A stretch of DNA of 57,165 nucleotides. Source: an uncultured virus (IMG/VR IMGVR_UViG_3300042453_003546) (Duplodnaviria; Heunggongvirae; Uroviricota; Caudoviricetes). The DNA is taken from IMG/VR virus record IMGVR_UViG_3300042453_003546. The stretch is one strand, 5' to 3'. This document shows positions 9,865 through 20,742 of the stretch, one piece after another (position 1 is the first letter of the stretch; each line of letters begins with the position of its first letter). The translations under genes were made by a program, and so were the position numbers. Under the pieces are notes generated by a model. The model saw nothing but the letters and a program-made list of their open reading frames with translations. It was not told where the DNA came from and did no database searches.

Positions 9865-12012
9865 TTATCCTTTTATGGGTGGTAAACCTTGCGTTGGTGT
9901 ACTACCTCCACTAGTTGAATTATAAATAAAATATAACTTATCATCTTGACAAGTGTTTGATGGTATTTGTGTTTCAAAATTTAAAACTACGTCATTTAAA
10001 AACGTAACATACTCTGACTGATTACCAGTATAGTCAAGATACTCGATCTTAAAATCTATAGACTGTGACAATGTAGCCGCTATTATGAGATCCTGAGGTA
10101 GTGGTACTGCATACTGAACTATGCTTGGTGTGAATCCATTAATTGCATACGGTTTTATACTGATCTCACTAAGATAAGCACTTCCAGTCATATTCATTTC
10201 ATCTACAACACGAGCTCTAAATAATGGATTACCAAATCCACTTGCGTCTGTCTCGAAATCGAACATCACCTTACCATAGTATTTAGCAATCGGTCTATCA
10301 TTTACAATTTTTCCAATATACTTTCCAAACCTACTAAAGTCTCCTCTGTAACGTGTTCGCTCCTGGTTTTGTGATTTAGTAAAGGCTTTTGGATATGCTT
10401 GTGGTACCGTAACGTAAGTATTGAGTACGTCACTATTCATATAAACTTCTAGCTCTGTATATGGAGCTAGTGTTACATATGCGCTTAAGGTATATGTCTG
10501 CTTTTCGTTGTAGTTTTGATTAAATCTAGTTGTGAGTACTATTGATCTTGTAGTTTGAGGTTTTAATAACGCTGCTTCTGATTGAACGATGCTACTAAGC
10601 GATGCACTCACGGGACTAAATCCAGTTGACGACTCGTTTAGTACTTGCCAATACGTATCAACAATGGATTGAGTCGTAAAATGCCCAATTAATCTATAGT
10701 CCGAATCTCGTCGTGTGTAATAAATTCCATTGGGATATTCAGCGTCCGTCAGGTATTCTACTGGTTTCACAACTTGATCATTGAGCAGCTTATAATCACC
10801 AACCGTATCGCTAAATCTAGTTGAGGTTCTAATTCGATAAACCTCTCCACTTATTGGTTTTAGATCTGTAAACGTAAACTCAACATATGAATCATTTACA
10901 GTAGAGCTGGTTATAAAGCTCGTAACTGTTGGAACATACGTAAAACTACCAGTAAACCTACTCGCGTTTTTGTATGTGAATTGGATATTTTTATTTTGGC
11001 TTAGTGTTGTATTATCAGAAGCGGTTACAGTAAGTTTTGTATCTAGAATTGCCTGTGTTGCACTTACTACTTCCACTACAGTAGCTCTATACTTTTGTAA
11101 TTGGTTAACAAGACTTCCTGAGATTGTATATCCGGTTGGCAAGGATGGTCCTAGTGTTAATGGAGTACTTGCTGAGCTAAAAAATTCAAAATAAGATCCT
11201 ATTAGTTGTTTAGTAAAAAATGAGGATGTTGATTGTATTCTTGTAGTAAAGCGTGTTGTATTATTGATATAGAATCCGTTATCTATATCCGTATCTCTTG
11301 ATCTTCTTGCTGTTGGAACTGAGTTAATTGTTGAGGGTTGTCCTAATGGATCAATCCTGATTGTCTGAGTTCTTGCATCTAAGATATCAGTACTTGATGC
11401 AAAATCTCGATCATACCCTCCAAAACTAGTATCTGTAATTGTAAACTGACTAATACTTCCTGTGATGATTGTGAATCTATAAGATCCACTGTTTGTTGTA
11501 CGTACTCTTGCTGGTACCGTAACTTGTGCAACTTCTATCTGAGGTGGTAAATCAAAAATCAACTCAGCGTTGTTTCGTTCAAATGGTTGTACACTAAATT
11601 GCTTTGTCCATCTGACATTATAGGTGTCACGATACTGGGACGGTACTGGAGTTCCTTTCTGATCATACAGAGCTTCTCCAACAAAATAGGCTGTTGCAAC
11701 ACCTCTAGCGGTTATATCATAAATTTCAAAAGCTATGTAATAGTTATTAAATCGATCAATATAATTTAATACTTCTGTGTAGATACGCTGACCATCTGCA
11801 TCAACAAACTCCACATCAAAAGAGGAATTCAGTCTCATATTCAGACCATTTCCTTTAAATCTTATCACATGCTTTCCACCTCCCACTACTAGAGGAAAGT
11901 CTTGTATATCAAAATAAAATGGTGATGCTGGGGACGTATCTTCTATATAATACGTCCTATTAGCGTAGCCTCTTGGTTGAGGTATTTTGTATGAGGATTG
12001 TAAGATTGCCAT
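9865..12012 (-). CDS. Putative tail/baseplate-associated structural protein
   Basis: IEDTS..SPFYF...GGGKH..RFKG N-terminus; S/T-rich; TATTTATA motif upstream. Confidence 0.6.
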   Translation of the reverse strand: MAILQSSYKIPQPRGYANRTYYIEDTSPASPFYFDIQDFPLVVGGGKHVIRFKGNGLNMRLNSSFDVEFVDADGQRIYTEVLNYIDRFNNYYIAFEIYDITARGVATAYFVGEALYDQKGTPVPSQYRDTYNVRWTKQFSVQPFERNNAELIFDLPPQIEVAQVTVPARVRTTNSGSYRFTIITGSISQFTITDTSFGGYDRDFASSTDILDARTQTIRIDPLGQPSTINSVPTARRSRDTDIDNGFYINNTTRFTTRIQSTSSFFTKQLIGSYFEFFSSASTPLTLGPSLPTGYTISGSLVNQLQKYRATVVEVVSATQAILDTKLTVTASDNTTLSQNKNIQFTYKNASRFTGSFTYVPTVTSFITSSTVNDSYVEFTFTDLKPISGEVYRIRTSTRFSDTVGDYKLLNDQVVKPVEYLTDAEYPNGIYYTRRDSDYRLIGHFTTQSIVDTYWQVLNESSTGFSPVSASLSSIVQSEAALLKPQTTRSIVLTTRFNQNYNEKQTYTLSAYVTLAPYTELEVYMNSDVLNTYVTVPQAYPKAFTKSQNQERTRYRGDFSRFGKYIGKIVNDRPIAKYYGKVMFDFETDASGFGNPLFRARVVDEMNMTGSAYLSEISIKPYAINGFTPSIVQYAVPLPQDLIIAATLSQSIDFKIEYLDYTGNQSEYVTFLNDVVLNFETQIPSNTCQDDKLYFIYNSTSGGSTPTQGLPPIKG

Positions 12013-12028
12013 ATGATATAAATATGGC

Positions 12029-15000
12029 CTAACAATTTATGTAGCTTAAATCATCCTTTCTGTCTATTGTTAATATATTATCAACCATATCTCTTACCAC
12101 ATCAATATGCGAAATGACCAACGAAAACCTAAATATATCTTTCATATAGTTAAATAAAGTGTGCATTGAGTTTAAGTTAGATGAGTCTAATACTCCTAAT
12201 CCTTCATCAATTGCAATGAAATCTGGTTTAGGTAAATTTGTTATTTTTATTAGCGCAATACGAATTGCTAACGATGATAAAAACCTTTCCATTCCCGAAC
12301 TCAATTCTAATGGCCATCTATTATCATCATAACAGATAAACACATTTATATTCTTCCCATCCGTCTCTAGATCAACTGTAAAGTCGATAATTTGATTGAG
12401 TATATTGTTAACATATTGTTGAATATATGGAACAGCCTTACTAATTAACACATATGGAATTCCATCCTTACACATAGCTTTGCAATAGAGATCATACGCT
12501 ACTTGCTTATCAGCAAGTTGTTGCATATGTTGGATTGATTTGTTACAATCGTTTATAGTTTGCTCTGCCACCTTGATCTTTCCATGAAGATCCTTTACAA
12601 CGTTGTTTAGTTTTGATAATTCTATTTTCTTATGACCAATCTTAACATCTATTTCTTTTATCTGGGTGTGTATTTTTTTGTTGTTTTCTAAGATTGTTAC
12701 ATTATCGTTATATGTAATAATATCTTTCTCAATTCTATCAATCTTATGTTGTTCTATGTCTCTATCTCTAGAGTAACGATCACATACACTCTGTGCTCTT
12801 TCTACATCATTTTTAGCATTTTGTAGTTGCTTTAGTAGAGCTTGTATCTCATCCGCTTGAACTTGAATAAAGTTATTTTGCTCAATAAAATCACTTACAC
12901 CTTTTAACTTTTGTAAGAAGTCGTGTACTGTTTTTTTATCGTCTTCCAATTGGGATTTTGTATCAATGGCGTCCTTAACAAACACGTTTGATACGCAGTA
13001 TTTACAATTAGGGTCATATTCATGTTGCTGAAGTTTTTCCAGCTTCTCAAGTTTATTTTTGATAGTGACCTTGAGTGTAGATAGTGTACTATCAAGCTGT
13101 GTTTTCTCTTGTATCTTAGTTGTATAGGTTTTATATAATTCAGCATCAAATGTACTTTTATGTTGTGTGAGTTCTTGTGTTATATGTTGCAAATTGTTTT
13201 CAGCATCTTGCAAGTTTCTTTGTGCTTGTTGTATTAAATCAACCAATTCACTTTGACGATTAATCGATATTTGTAGATCCTTTTGTAGCTTATTAATATC
13301 AAGACCGTCCGCATTACAAGGTTGCAATTGTTTATTAAAACCAACCAGATTGTTTGTTAGTTGTTGTAGCTCATCCTCAACTCTATCAACATCAATCTGA
13401 GCTTGCTCATGTTTATCTTCGTTAAGCTCTTTTAATCTTTCAGCATCTCCAAGTCTTGTTTCGAAATCTTGTTTTTGATATTCTTCTAACACTACAACTG
13501 CAGCTCTATTTTCCTTATTTGCTGAGTCATGTAATGCATCGAATATTTTTAGATCTAAAAAGTTAGCTAGTAGATCCTTACGCTCACCTTGCGTCTTATC
13601 AATAAAGTTTGAGTTATTTTGCTGAAGAGATAATGCTGTTAAGATGAAATCATCAAACGTACCAACATACGATTGTATGCAGTAATTAGTATCTCTACGT
13701 TGCTCTCCATTCAAAGACACTCTCTCACCATCACTATTAATCATCCAGAAATCCACATCGACTCTCAACTTTCCCTTCAGAGCCCCACTCTTATAACGAT
13801 AAGCCTTCTTCTCAACATAATAATCCAAGCCACCTAATTCAAAATTAAACTTACACCAAAACTCATCTTTCTTTCTATTAAGAACTTGCTCTGCCTTACT
13901 TGCTCTGAATGATTGATCAAATAAACAAAAACACAATGCATCAAGTATTGCTGACTTTCCTGCATGATTTGGTGCAAATAATCCACAAGTACCTTCAAAG
14001 GTATCAAAGCTTACTACGTTATCCTCACCATAGCTAAACATGTTTGAAAACTCAAACTTCTTTGGTTTCCATATAACATTACGAGCTGTTTCTCCTAAGT
14101 TCAAAGACTGGTTTAATGAGGCATTTATACCCAAAACAGCTTGCAAAGTATCTTCATCTAATCCCTCATTTTGTAAATACTCTGTAATGAGTTGGTTTTG
14201 ATATTGTAGGTTTCTCACATCACCTTGATGCAAAGACTCACCAAACAACCTACTATCATCCAAACCTACACTTTTATCTAACTTTTGTACTATTACATCG
14301 TTATTTCTGTACTGTTTTCTGATAGTTGCTAATACTCGTTTAAGGTCAGCTGGTGATGTGTTTCGTGTTCTTAGTCTGACATTAGTATGTTGTGTTATGG
14401 GTAGTTTGTTTGGCAACACTCCATCTATAATATCAAGAGTATAAAAGCCGTAATCGTTATCTATATCCTTAAATTCATACTTTATGTCTCCCTTCTCTCC
14501 CAGATCAACTAACGCATATCCATGACCATCAAACGCTTCTCCAAAGTTTTGTTGAACTAATGATCCAGGATAGAAGATAATTGGATCTTCTTTCGATAGT
14601 ACTTGACGTTTATGTATATCACCTAACAATACTAGATCGTAGCCAGCAAACGTATCCCAATCCAATCCATGAGATAAAGTTAATCCACTATCAACTTCAC
14701 TATTAGCTATTGTACCATGATACATTGCTATCGTATGTCTATAGGTTTTTTTCTTTGGAATCTTATCAAAAGTAATATAATTTTCTTTTGCATCCAATAA
14801 TGACATTACACTAATTGCTACATCACCTACCTCATACAAACCCGAATTACGTAGGTAATATAAATTTGGATGATTAATTGCTTCAACAATGGGTGTAAGT
14901 GCATCTAATCGATTATTATTGTTTAAATTTGCATCATGATTACCAGTGATTACGATTGTAGGTACTCTATCTGCTAACTCAGTAAACAAGTAGGAGACCA

Positions 15001-15214
15001 TTTTTATAAGTTCTGGACTCATATCCGTTTTGGCATGAACAATATCACCACCAATCGTAACAATACTCTCCTCAGGTAGTTGATCAACTGCTAAAAACAG
15101 TTTTTCAAACACATCCTTAAACTCCTTATGTCTTTTCCAATTACGTAAATGAATATCAGCAATGTGTAGAATTTTTTCAACTTTTTCTACTTTACAGTTT
15201 AGTTTGTTTATCAT
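12029..15214 (-). CDS. Mre11/SbcD nuclease - Rad50/SbcC ATPase fusion (T4 gp47+gp46-like)
   Basis: ADIH, GGD, GNHD, GDIH phosphoesterase motifs; APNHAGKS Walker A, CKYC zinc hook, LSSGME signature, IDEG Walker B, ISH. Confidence 0.92.
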   Translation of the reverse strand: MINKLNCKVEKVEKILHIADIHLRNWKRHKEFKDVFEKLFLAVDQLPEESIVTIGGDIVHAKTDMSPELIKMVSYLFTELADRVPTIVITGNHDANLNNNNRLDALTPIVEAINHPNLYYLRNSGLYEVGDVAISVMSLLDAKENYITFDKIPKKKTYRHTIAMYHGTIANSEVDSGLTLSHGLDWDTFAGYDLVLLGDIHKRQVLSKEDPIIFYPGSLVQQNFGEAFDGHGYALVDLGEKGDIKYEFKDIDNDYGFYTLDIIDGVLPNKLPITQHTNVRLRTRNTSPADLKRVLATIRKQYRNNDVIVQKLDKSVGLDDSRLFGESLHQGDVRNLQYQNQLITEYLQNEGLDEDTLQAVLGINASLNQSLNLGETARNVIWKPKKFEFSNMFSYGEDNVVSFDTFEGTCGLFAPNHAGKSAILDALCFCLFDQSFRASKAEQVLNRKKDEFWCKFNFELGGLDYYVEKKAYRYKSGALKGKLRVDVDFWMINSDGERVSLNGEQRRDTNYCIQSYVGTFDDFILTALSLQQNNSNFIDKTQGERKDLLANFLDLKIFDALHDSANKENRAAVVVLEEYQKQDFETRLGDAERLKELNEDKHEQAQIDVDRVEDELQQLTNNLVGFNKQLQPCNADGLDINKLQKDLQISINRQSELVDLIQQAQRNLQDAENNLQHITQELTQHKSTFDAELYKTYTTKIQEKTQLDSTLSTLKVTIKNKLEKLEKLQQHEYDPNCKYCVSNVFVKDAIDTKSQLEDDKKTVHDFLQKLKGVSDFIEQNNFIQVQADEIQALLKQLQNAKNDVERAQSVCDRYSRDRDIEQHKIDRIEKDIITYNDNVTILENNKKIHTQIKEIDVKIGHKKIELSKLNNVVKDLHGKIKVAEQTINDCNKSIQHMQQLADKQVAYDLYCKAMCKDGIPYVLISKAVPYIQQYVNNILNQIIDFTVDLETDGKNINVFICYDDNRWPLELSSGMERFLSSLAIRIALIKITNLPKPDFIAIDEGLGVLDSSNLNSMHTLFNYMKDIFRFSLVISHIDVVRDMVDNILTIDRKDDLSYINC

Positions 15215-16137
15215 AACATTATTTTGTATTTCACCAGATCAAAAAAGTCTACTTGCTTGGCTTTGTTGATAGTATCTATCATAGAAATATAGCCAATATC
15301 ACTCGGATCTTTGCCTGGTAAGTCAATTATATAAACTTGAACACCATTATTCATAAAGTACTCTACTTCCTTAATACAATCACCAAAAGCATCCCTATCT
15401 AATGCAAGATACAGCTTTTCAACCTTTGATGTAAGTATTTTACTCCTTAGACTTGGTAAGATTTTTTTTCCAAATAATGGTATTGCATTCCGTTTTGTTG
15501 CAATAGCATCGAAAGCACCCTCAACAATTATAATAGGCTCGTTCCAGTTAATTTGATTCTCAAAACCGATAACATCTTTAGAGACTGGTGGGTTCTTATG
15601 TTTGATTTGTGCGTTACTATAGTAGCTTCTACCTACATAATAGTTGATGGAATTATCCTCACCATAGCTGGGTATAATGATCATGCCAGCATAAGGTCCT
15701 TCTTCACAATAACCCACCTGATAACGTAATATATCAATAGGTGTGAGCCTTCTTACGTTTAAAGCATAATGGAGTGCATTACGATAGTCCGGAGTATTTT
15801 GCTGCATGTATAAAGGTTTATATCCTTCAGGTAATCCAACCAACTCTCTACCATAATCTGGTTTTGAATTAAAGCGAGTGTCTCCGTAAATCTCCCTTAT
15901 CTTCGTAAAAACTGGTACTGGAGCATTGCTCTTTTTTAGTAATGATAGGATTGTTTGTCCCTTACTATCACATACCCAACAATGCCACTTCTGTGTTGTA
16001 AGATTAACTTGTAGTTTTGGTTTGTAGTGATTGCAAAAAGGGCAGTGATAGCTCATCTCACCCTCTTTTCTATGTTGTATGCTCGATCCTAAATGCTCAT
16101 CGAGAATATGTTTGGCTTGTAGTATGTTTGTATTCAT
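15211..16137 (-). CDS. DNA primase (zinc finger + TOPRIM)
   Basis: CPFC...HCWVC, VEGAFDA, LDRDA, KDPSD; start placed at MNTN behind a promoter. Confidence 0.92.
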   Translation of the reverse strand: MNTNILQAKHILDEHLGSSIQHRKEGEMSYHCPFCNHYKPKLQVNLTTQKWHCWVCDSKGQTILSLLKKSNAPVPVFTKIREIYGDTRFNSKPDYGRELVGLPEGYKPLYMQQNTPDYRNALHYALNVRRLTPIDILRYQVGYCEEGPYAGMIIIPSYGEDNSINYYVGRSYYSNAQIKHKNPPVSKDVIGFENQINWNEPIIIVEGAFDAIATKRNAIPLFGKKILPSLRSKILTSKVEKLYLALDRDAFGDCIKEVEYFMNNGVQVYIIDLPGKDPSDIGYISMIDTINKAKQVDFFDLVKYKIML

Positions 16138-16141
16138 ACTG

Positions 16142-16171
16142 CAAATATACAACATATATTCCTTATTTCAA
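16142..16171 (-). promoter_or_regulatory. Bacteroidota-type primary sigma promoter for primase/recombination genes
   Basis: TTG-19 nt-TATATTTG matches the -33 TTG / -7 TANNTTTG consensus; ends 4 nt before ATG. Confidence 0.7.
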
Positions 16172-16564
16172 CCATTCTTGTGGAATAGTCTTATCGGCAT
16201 ATAAAAATCCATGTTTTATACACCAATCAGCATAAGTTGTCTTTGATCCCTTGCGAAGTTTGCCTTTTGAATTTTGAAAAATAAATCTAATATCAAGATG
16301 TGGGTATTGTTCCTTGATTAGGATATGCTTTTTTCTATCGTCTAATACGAATCTACCTTTGGTCTCTATATAAATGCCATTTGGTAGCTTAAAATCTGGA
16401 GTGTAGGTATGTTCGGAAGCTGGAATTATATACTTGATCGTATGCTGTTCGTACTGACCATCAACTCCATGAGTCTTTAGTGTATTATCCAACTGCTCTT
16501 CTAACCCACTTCTATAACCATGTTTGACAGTTGTCTGTCTTTTTGTAAACTTTGCTTTTGCCAT
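16163..16564 (-). CDS. T7 endonuclease I-like Holliday junction resolvase
   Basis: GYRSGLEE...YTPDF.LPNGI.IETKGRF...DR.KH...DIRFIF...TTYADWC.KHGF. Confidence 0.92.
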   Translation of the reverse strand: MAKAKFTKRQTTVKHGYRSGLEEQLDNTLKTHGVDGQYEQHTIKYIIPASEHTYTPDFKLPNGIYIETKGRFVLDDRKKHILIKEQYPHLDIRFIFQNSKGKLRKGSKTTYADWCIKHGFLYADKTIPQEWLK

Positions 16565-16565
16565 A

Positions 16566-18218
16566 TTATCTATCGAACCTTACTATAAATGTTGTGTCAA
16601 CGTTGTTTGGTGTTTGGATTGGTGTATTAAGTTTTCCAATTGCAAGTAGGTTACCATAATCATCATACAATCCAACTGATGTTACATATGGTTTAAAATA
16701 AGAGCTTGTAACAAACGATCTATAAACAAAATCGTTATAGATTGGGTCATACTCTTGTAGAGTTGGATTACAGCTCATTCCAAATTCTCCCGGACCCACT
16801 GTACAACTAATTTCGGTTTCCCATATTGTGTGTGTTCCTCTTGATGTTACTGATAATATTTCACCAAACTTGGCTGGAATAGATGTAAGTATCATCATAC
16901 CATGATTGTAGAATACATTACCAATATGTAAATTTCCAACCCCCATTGTATGTCTGAGTACATTAATATTATCTAACGTGAGTGTATCTTTAAATATTTT
17001 TAAATTATCAATGACTCCATCAAAACCCTGCGTACCAGTGTAAGAATTACCTACATATATATCCGACAAGTTAGCACACAAATTATCAGCTATCGTAGCT
17101 GATCCTGAATCCGTTGATGATTCTAACGCATTCCACACATACAAAGAGTAAAGAGATCCTGATCGTGTAAGAGTTATGTGATTGAGCTCATCTACCTTCA
17201 CAGCTATACTACTGGTAAGTATAAACTTCTCTATTCCCGTATCCTTTTCAAACTGTACCTTTAAGCTTTCTGATGTATGTAATAACCTGTATGGTGATTT
17301 ATTTGGTATATCGTAAGTGTATGGATTACCATTGAGATCGATTCTAATATCTTCAACTGGTCCTTGCTTTGATATAAGCACTGAGCCTGATGGATGTGTT
17401 GGTGCTTGTGATGGTATCACCACCATGTTTATTGAGTAATTATCGTTTTGGAAGTTATACTTTTGATTATATTCCTTAACGACATTGGGCTTTATTCTTA
17501 TACTTGAACTGAGAGACGATGTAAAATTCCAAATTGCTCCAAGAAAATCCTTTTCTTCTAATGGCCCAGTACCCGATCCACTTAAATAAGAAGCTTTGAC
17601 ATTATTATACAAGGACTCCATTTGCCATAAACCTTTGTTAAAACTTTGGGTAAGGTTTACATAGGATGCATTAACGTATTTGTATAAGTCATCTTGAGGC
17701 CACATACCCACAAGAGTCTTATCGACCGATGAACTATAATTGAAGAAAGAACTACCAACAAACTCACCATAAGGTGAATAAAAGGAACTTCCTGTGATAA
17801 CTAAGTTACCTAACCCATCATCCTCAATACCCCAAACACCTGCTACAAAACTTCCAGCATATGTACCTGATACTGGAGCCAGTGTATAGCTCATCGATAT
17901 TAGGATTGATTCTGGCATAAGTGCTTCGCCAAATTTAGATTGAGGAACACTGATTATGTAGGCTTGATCTTCTAACCACCTCTCTTGGCTGTTTATATTA
18001 CCACTACCAAACGATGCTTTATTATTACTTATAAAATCTCTATAATAAAGATGATCAACGGACTTATGTACTATACGCTGATACTTACCATTTGCTGTAA
18101 TAATTTCGGTAGAGGTTATGGCATCGTTTCCTTGATCAAAACTCACTTGTAATGGATTTGATGTTGGTTGACTTGATACTGGATTATAATCCGCTCTATA
18201 TATCGTGTATGTACTCAT
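16566..18218 (-). CDS. Tail/baseplate protein with LamG-like domain and tail-collar-type C-terminus
   Basis: HITLTRSG...YVGN...FDGVIDNLKIF (LamG); PYVTSVGLYDD.GNLLAIGKL..P C-terminus. Confidence 0.7.
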   Translation of the reverse strand: MSTYTIYRADYNPVSSQPTSNPLQVSFDQGNDAITSTEIITANGKYQRIVHKSVDHLYYRDFISNNKASFGSGNINSQERWLEDQAYIISVPQSKFGEALMPESILISMSYTLAPVSGTYAGSFVAGVWGIEDDGLGNLVITGSSFYSPYGEFVGSSFFNYSSSVDKTLVGMWPQDDLYKYVNASYVNLTQSFNKGLWQMESLYNNVKASYLSGSGTGPLEEKDFLGAIWNFTSSLSSSIRIKPNVVKEYNQKYNFQNDNYSINMVVIPSQAPTHPSGSVLISKQGPVEDIRIDLNGNPYTYDIPNKSPYRLLHTSESLKVQFEKDTGIEKFILTSSIAVKVDELNHITLTRSGSLYSLYVWNALESSTDSGSATIADNLCANLSDIYVGNSYTGTQGFDGVIDNLKIFKDTLTLDNINVLRHTMGVGNLHIGNVFYNHGMMILTSIPAKFGEILSVTSRGTHTIWETEISCTVGPGEFGMSCNPTLQEYDPIYNDFVYRSFVTSSYFKPYVTSVGLYDDYGNLLAIGKLNTPIQTPNNVDTTFIVRFDR

Positions 18219-19594
18219 TATGTGTTGAATGTGTATATTTGGCTATAAGCGTTTCCATTAGCTATATCAACGGTTTCTGTCTGTAACATTAATCCCACCA
18301 CTTTATTAATGCTATTATCTCCTATAAAATTAATACCTACTGTTCCATCATCTCCAAAAAATGGACTACTACCTTCTGTACTATGATAACCTAGGTGTAT
18401 TGGATCTGATATCTCTTGTGTTACAAGATTTATTGTGAATACTGTAATAGGACCTTTACCACCAGGATTAGCAACAGAATAGACTGTTATTGTGAGAGGT
18501 TCTGTTGCTGATAATAGATCAACATTTTTATTAATTGTAGCGGCAATAATTTGACCACTACCTACCCACCGTCTGGCATCAATAGAGTCTCCCCAACCAT
18601 AACCTCTATTATCTGCATATAAATCTAATAAGATTGTTCCATCTCTTAATACAGCAAATGTGCGAGCTGTATTATATGAGTTATTTCGATATAGATCCTT
18701 ATCTTGTAGTAATCGAACTACATCATATTCATATTTTGTGTATTGTAAAGTATTACTTCCACTAATTAACCACAAACCTATACCATCTTTTACGGTAGCA
18801 AAAGCACTTAAACTCGTTAAGCTTCCATTACTAACAAAATCCTTTATGGCAGTTGGTGTATATGATAATGATGATACTGATGTTGGATTGCCTATTAGTG
18901 AGCCACTCTGATTTTTATATTCAAAATATACTTCATCTAAGTTAGCTGTATCTGTATAGGCAGCAAAAAAGTTTGAACTGCTTCCACTTCTTACCGCGAA
19001 CGTTGTTCCTAAGTAGTTCGTGTCTGTATTCGTATTCATAAAACTATGTGATGCGAATTTAGCGATACCCTCATTCCAAAACACACTCGTTAAGCCAAAT
19101 GCTGGAGGGGTTTCTGCAGCTGATAATAATATTATATTTCCACCAGGAAGCCAAGTGATATGTCGCGGATCTATAGTAGGTACTGAAAACGTATCTACAT
19201 CCACATCGCTTAGGTCTGATGCTAAGTGTGCGCACATAGCAGGCACAGCTGTATTATAGTACATTATGTAATTTTGGTTTGGACCTGCCGAACCTAAGTA
19301 GGTTGGTCTTAGATTTGGTGAATTGGTTGTTTGTGCCAGTAACGCATAATCATCGTTACCATCGACCAAATACAAATTTGCTTCTTTACCTCTATAATAA
19401 TAGTAATTATTTTTTACATTTATGCTCTGAGAGAAGTTTGTTTGCAAATATAGTAGCGAATTACTACCTAATGTAACCGATGCGGTTGGTGTTGGTGTGA
19501 GAGTGTAACTGAGATCATTTACCCACTGTTTGTGCGCACGAAATGGAACTACTCTAATATCGGATTTGTCTAAACTTTTAAATACTCCTGCCAT
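18218..19594 (-). CDS. Putative virion protein, beta-rich (possible receptor-binding module)
   Basis: MAGVFKSLDKSDIRVVPFRAHKQW N-terminus; TAATG-coupled to next gene. Confidence 0.55.
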   Translation of the reverse strand: MAGVFKSLDKSDIRVVPFRAHKQWVNDLSYTLTPTPTASVTLGSNSLLYLQTNFSQSINVKNNYYYYRGKEANLYLVDGNDDYALLAQTTNSPNLRPTYLGSAGPNQNYIMYYNTAVPAMCAHLASDLSDVDVDTFSVPTIDPRHITWLPGGNIILLSAAETPPAFGLTSVFWNEGIAKFASHSFMNTNTDTNYLGTTFAVRSGSSSNFFAAYTDTANLDEVYFEYKNQSGSLIGNPTSVSSLSYTPTAIKDFVSNGSLTSLSAFATVKDGIGLWLISGSNTLQYTKYEYDVVRLLQDKDLYRNNSYNTARTFAVLRDGTILLDLYADNRGYGWGDSIDARRWVGSGQIIAATINKNVDLLSATEPLTITVYSVANPGGKGPITVFTINLVTQEISDPIHLGYHSTEGSSPFFGDDGTVGINFIGDNSINKVVGLMLQTETVDIANGNAYSQIYTFNT

Positions 19595-19612
19595 ATGAAT
19601 ATAATTATCACC

Positions 19613-19644
19613 AAAAAAGAAACCCTCTATAATAAATAGAGGGT
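19613..19644 (-). terminator. Intrinsic terminator hairpin containing the TATTTAT motif
   Basis: ACCCTCTAT-TTATT-ATAGAGGGT then TTCTTTTTT on minus strand. Confidence 0.75.
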
Positions 19645-19672
19645 CGGTCTATAGATACTATCTAAAGGGATG

Positions 19673-20722
19673 TTAATAATCTAACTTAACTTTTATTAAA
19701 GCTTCGCGATTAAATGACTTTAACAACGGCTTGCTAAGTTTTGCAACTGCCACTAGACGATTTCTATCATCGAATAATCCAATTGTGGTAATGTAAACAC
19801 TTGGATTACGAAGCATACTCGAGTGTAAGAATGTTCCAGTACTACCAGTTACAAAGGTTGGGTTGTTTGAGAAGTTGAATTGTCTGTTTGTTACACGAAC
19901 AAAGTAATGTGTTGATGTTACTTTCTCCTCACTTCTTGCTGCAAAATATCCTGATGCAGAAATGTGACGAGACATTGTTACGTGATTTCTCGGTTGTGTT
20001 CCTGTTGATGATAAAGTTGTTGCAGATGCACTATTAAATGGAATACCTAAGTTTGATCTCAACAAGCCAGCATGGAATACAAACACTCCTTGATCTGGAT
20101 AAAATAATCCATATTGTGTTGAAGATGCAGTTACACCACCAGAACCAGAATAAATTCCAAATATACGACCTGCTTCGTTAATTGATGGATTGACACCAGC
20201 ACCACTTGCATCAATAAAGCTTGAGTAAGCTGCTGTACTACCTCCCGTAGATCCACTACCGATTCGCAATTCCCAGTTTCCTGGATCTATTTTTTGACGG
20301 AATCTTGAACGAGCTACATTTATTACAATAATTTCATCTGAATTAGTACCTCCAAACGTAAACACTTGATCTGTTGGCGGAAGTAACATGTTTCTATATT
20401 GTGAATAGATTGCTCTTGTTGGTGTATCGTTAGCATTGTTTCCAACTGTATTAGCATCACCATACGATCCACTACCTAAACGATGACCATATGCAAGCGC
20501 AAATTGAATTGCTGCATTGGTTGCAGTGGATGGATTCCTATGGTATATATTTAGGTAATAATCTCCTGATTGCGATGCTTGCGCAGATGATGTAAAGTAC
20601 CCAACTCCAGATATAGATGATGATAGTGGGTTAAGATTCTCCGACCAAATTGGTTGAGATATCGTTTGTACGTCCCCTTGAACTATATCATCAGGTGTAA
20701 AGAGTTTATAAATTTCAGCCAT
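19673..20722 (-). CDS. Tail/baseplate structural protein, paralogous C-terminus to 16566..18218
   Basis: YITTIGLFDD.NRLVAVAKLSKPLLK...LIKVKLDY. Confidence 0.7.
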   Translation of the reverse strand: MAEIYKLFTPDDIVQGDVQTISQPIWSENLNPLSSSISGVGYFTSSAQASQSGDYYLNIYHRNPSTATNAAIQFALAYGHRLGSGSYGDANTVGNNANDTPTRAIYSQYRNMLLPPTDQVFTFGGTNSDEIIVINVARSRFRQKIDPGNWELRIGSGSTGGSTAAYSSFIDASGAGVNPSINEAGRIFGIYSGSGGVTASSTQYGLFYPDQGVFVFHAGLLRSNLGIPFNSASATTLSSTGTQPRNHVTMSRHISASGYFAARSEEKVTSTHYFVRVTNRQFNFSNNPTFVTGSTGTFLHSSMLRNPSVYITTIGLFDDRNRLVAVAKLSKPLLKSFNREALIKVKLDY

Positions 20723-20742
20723 TTTTATTTTAAGTTTTTATT

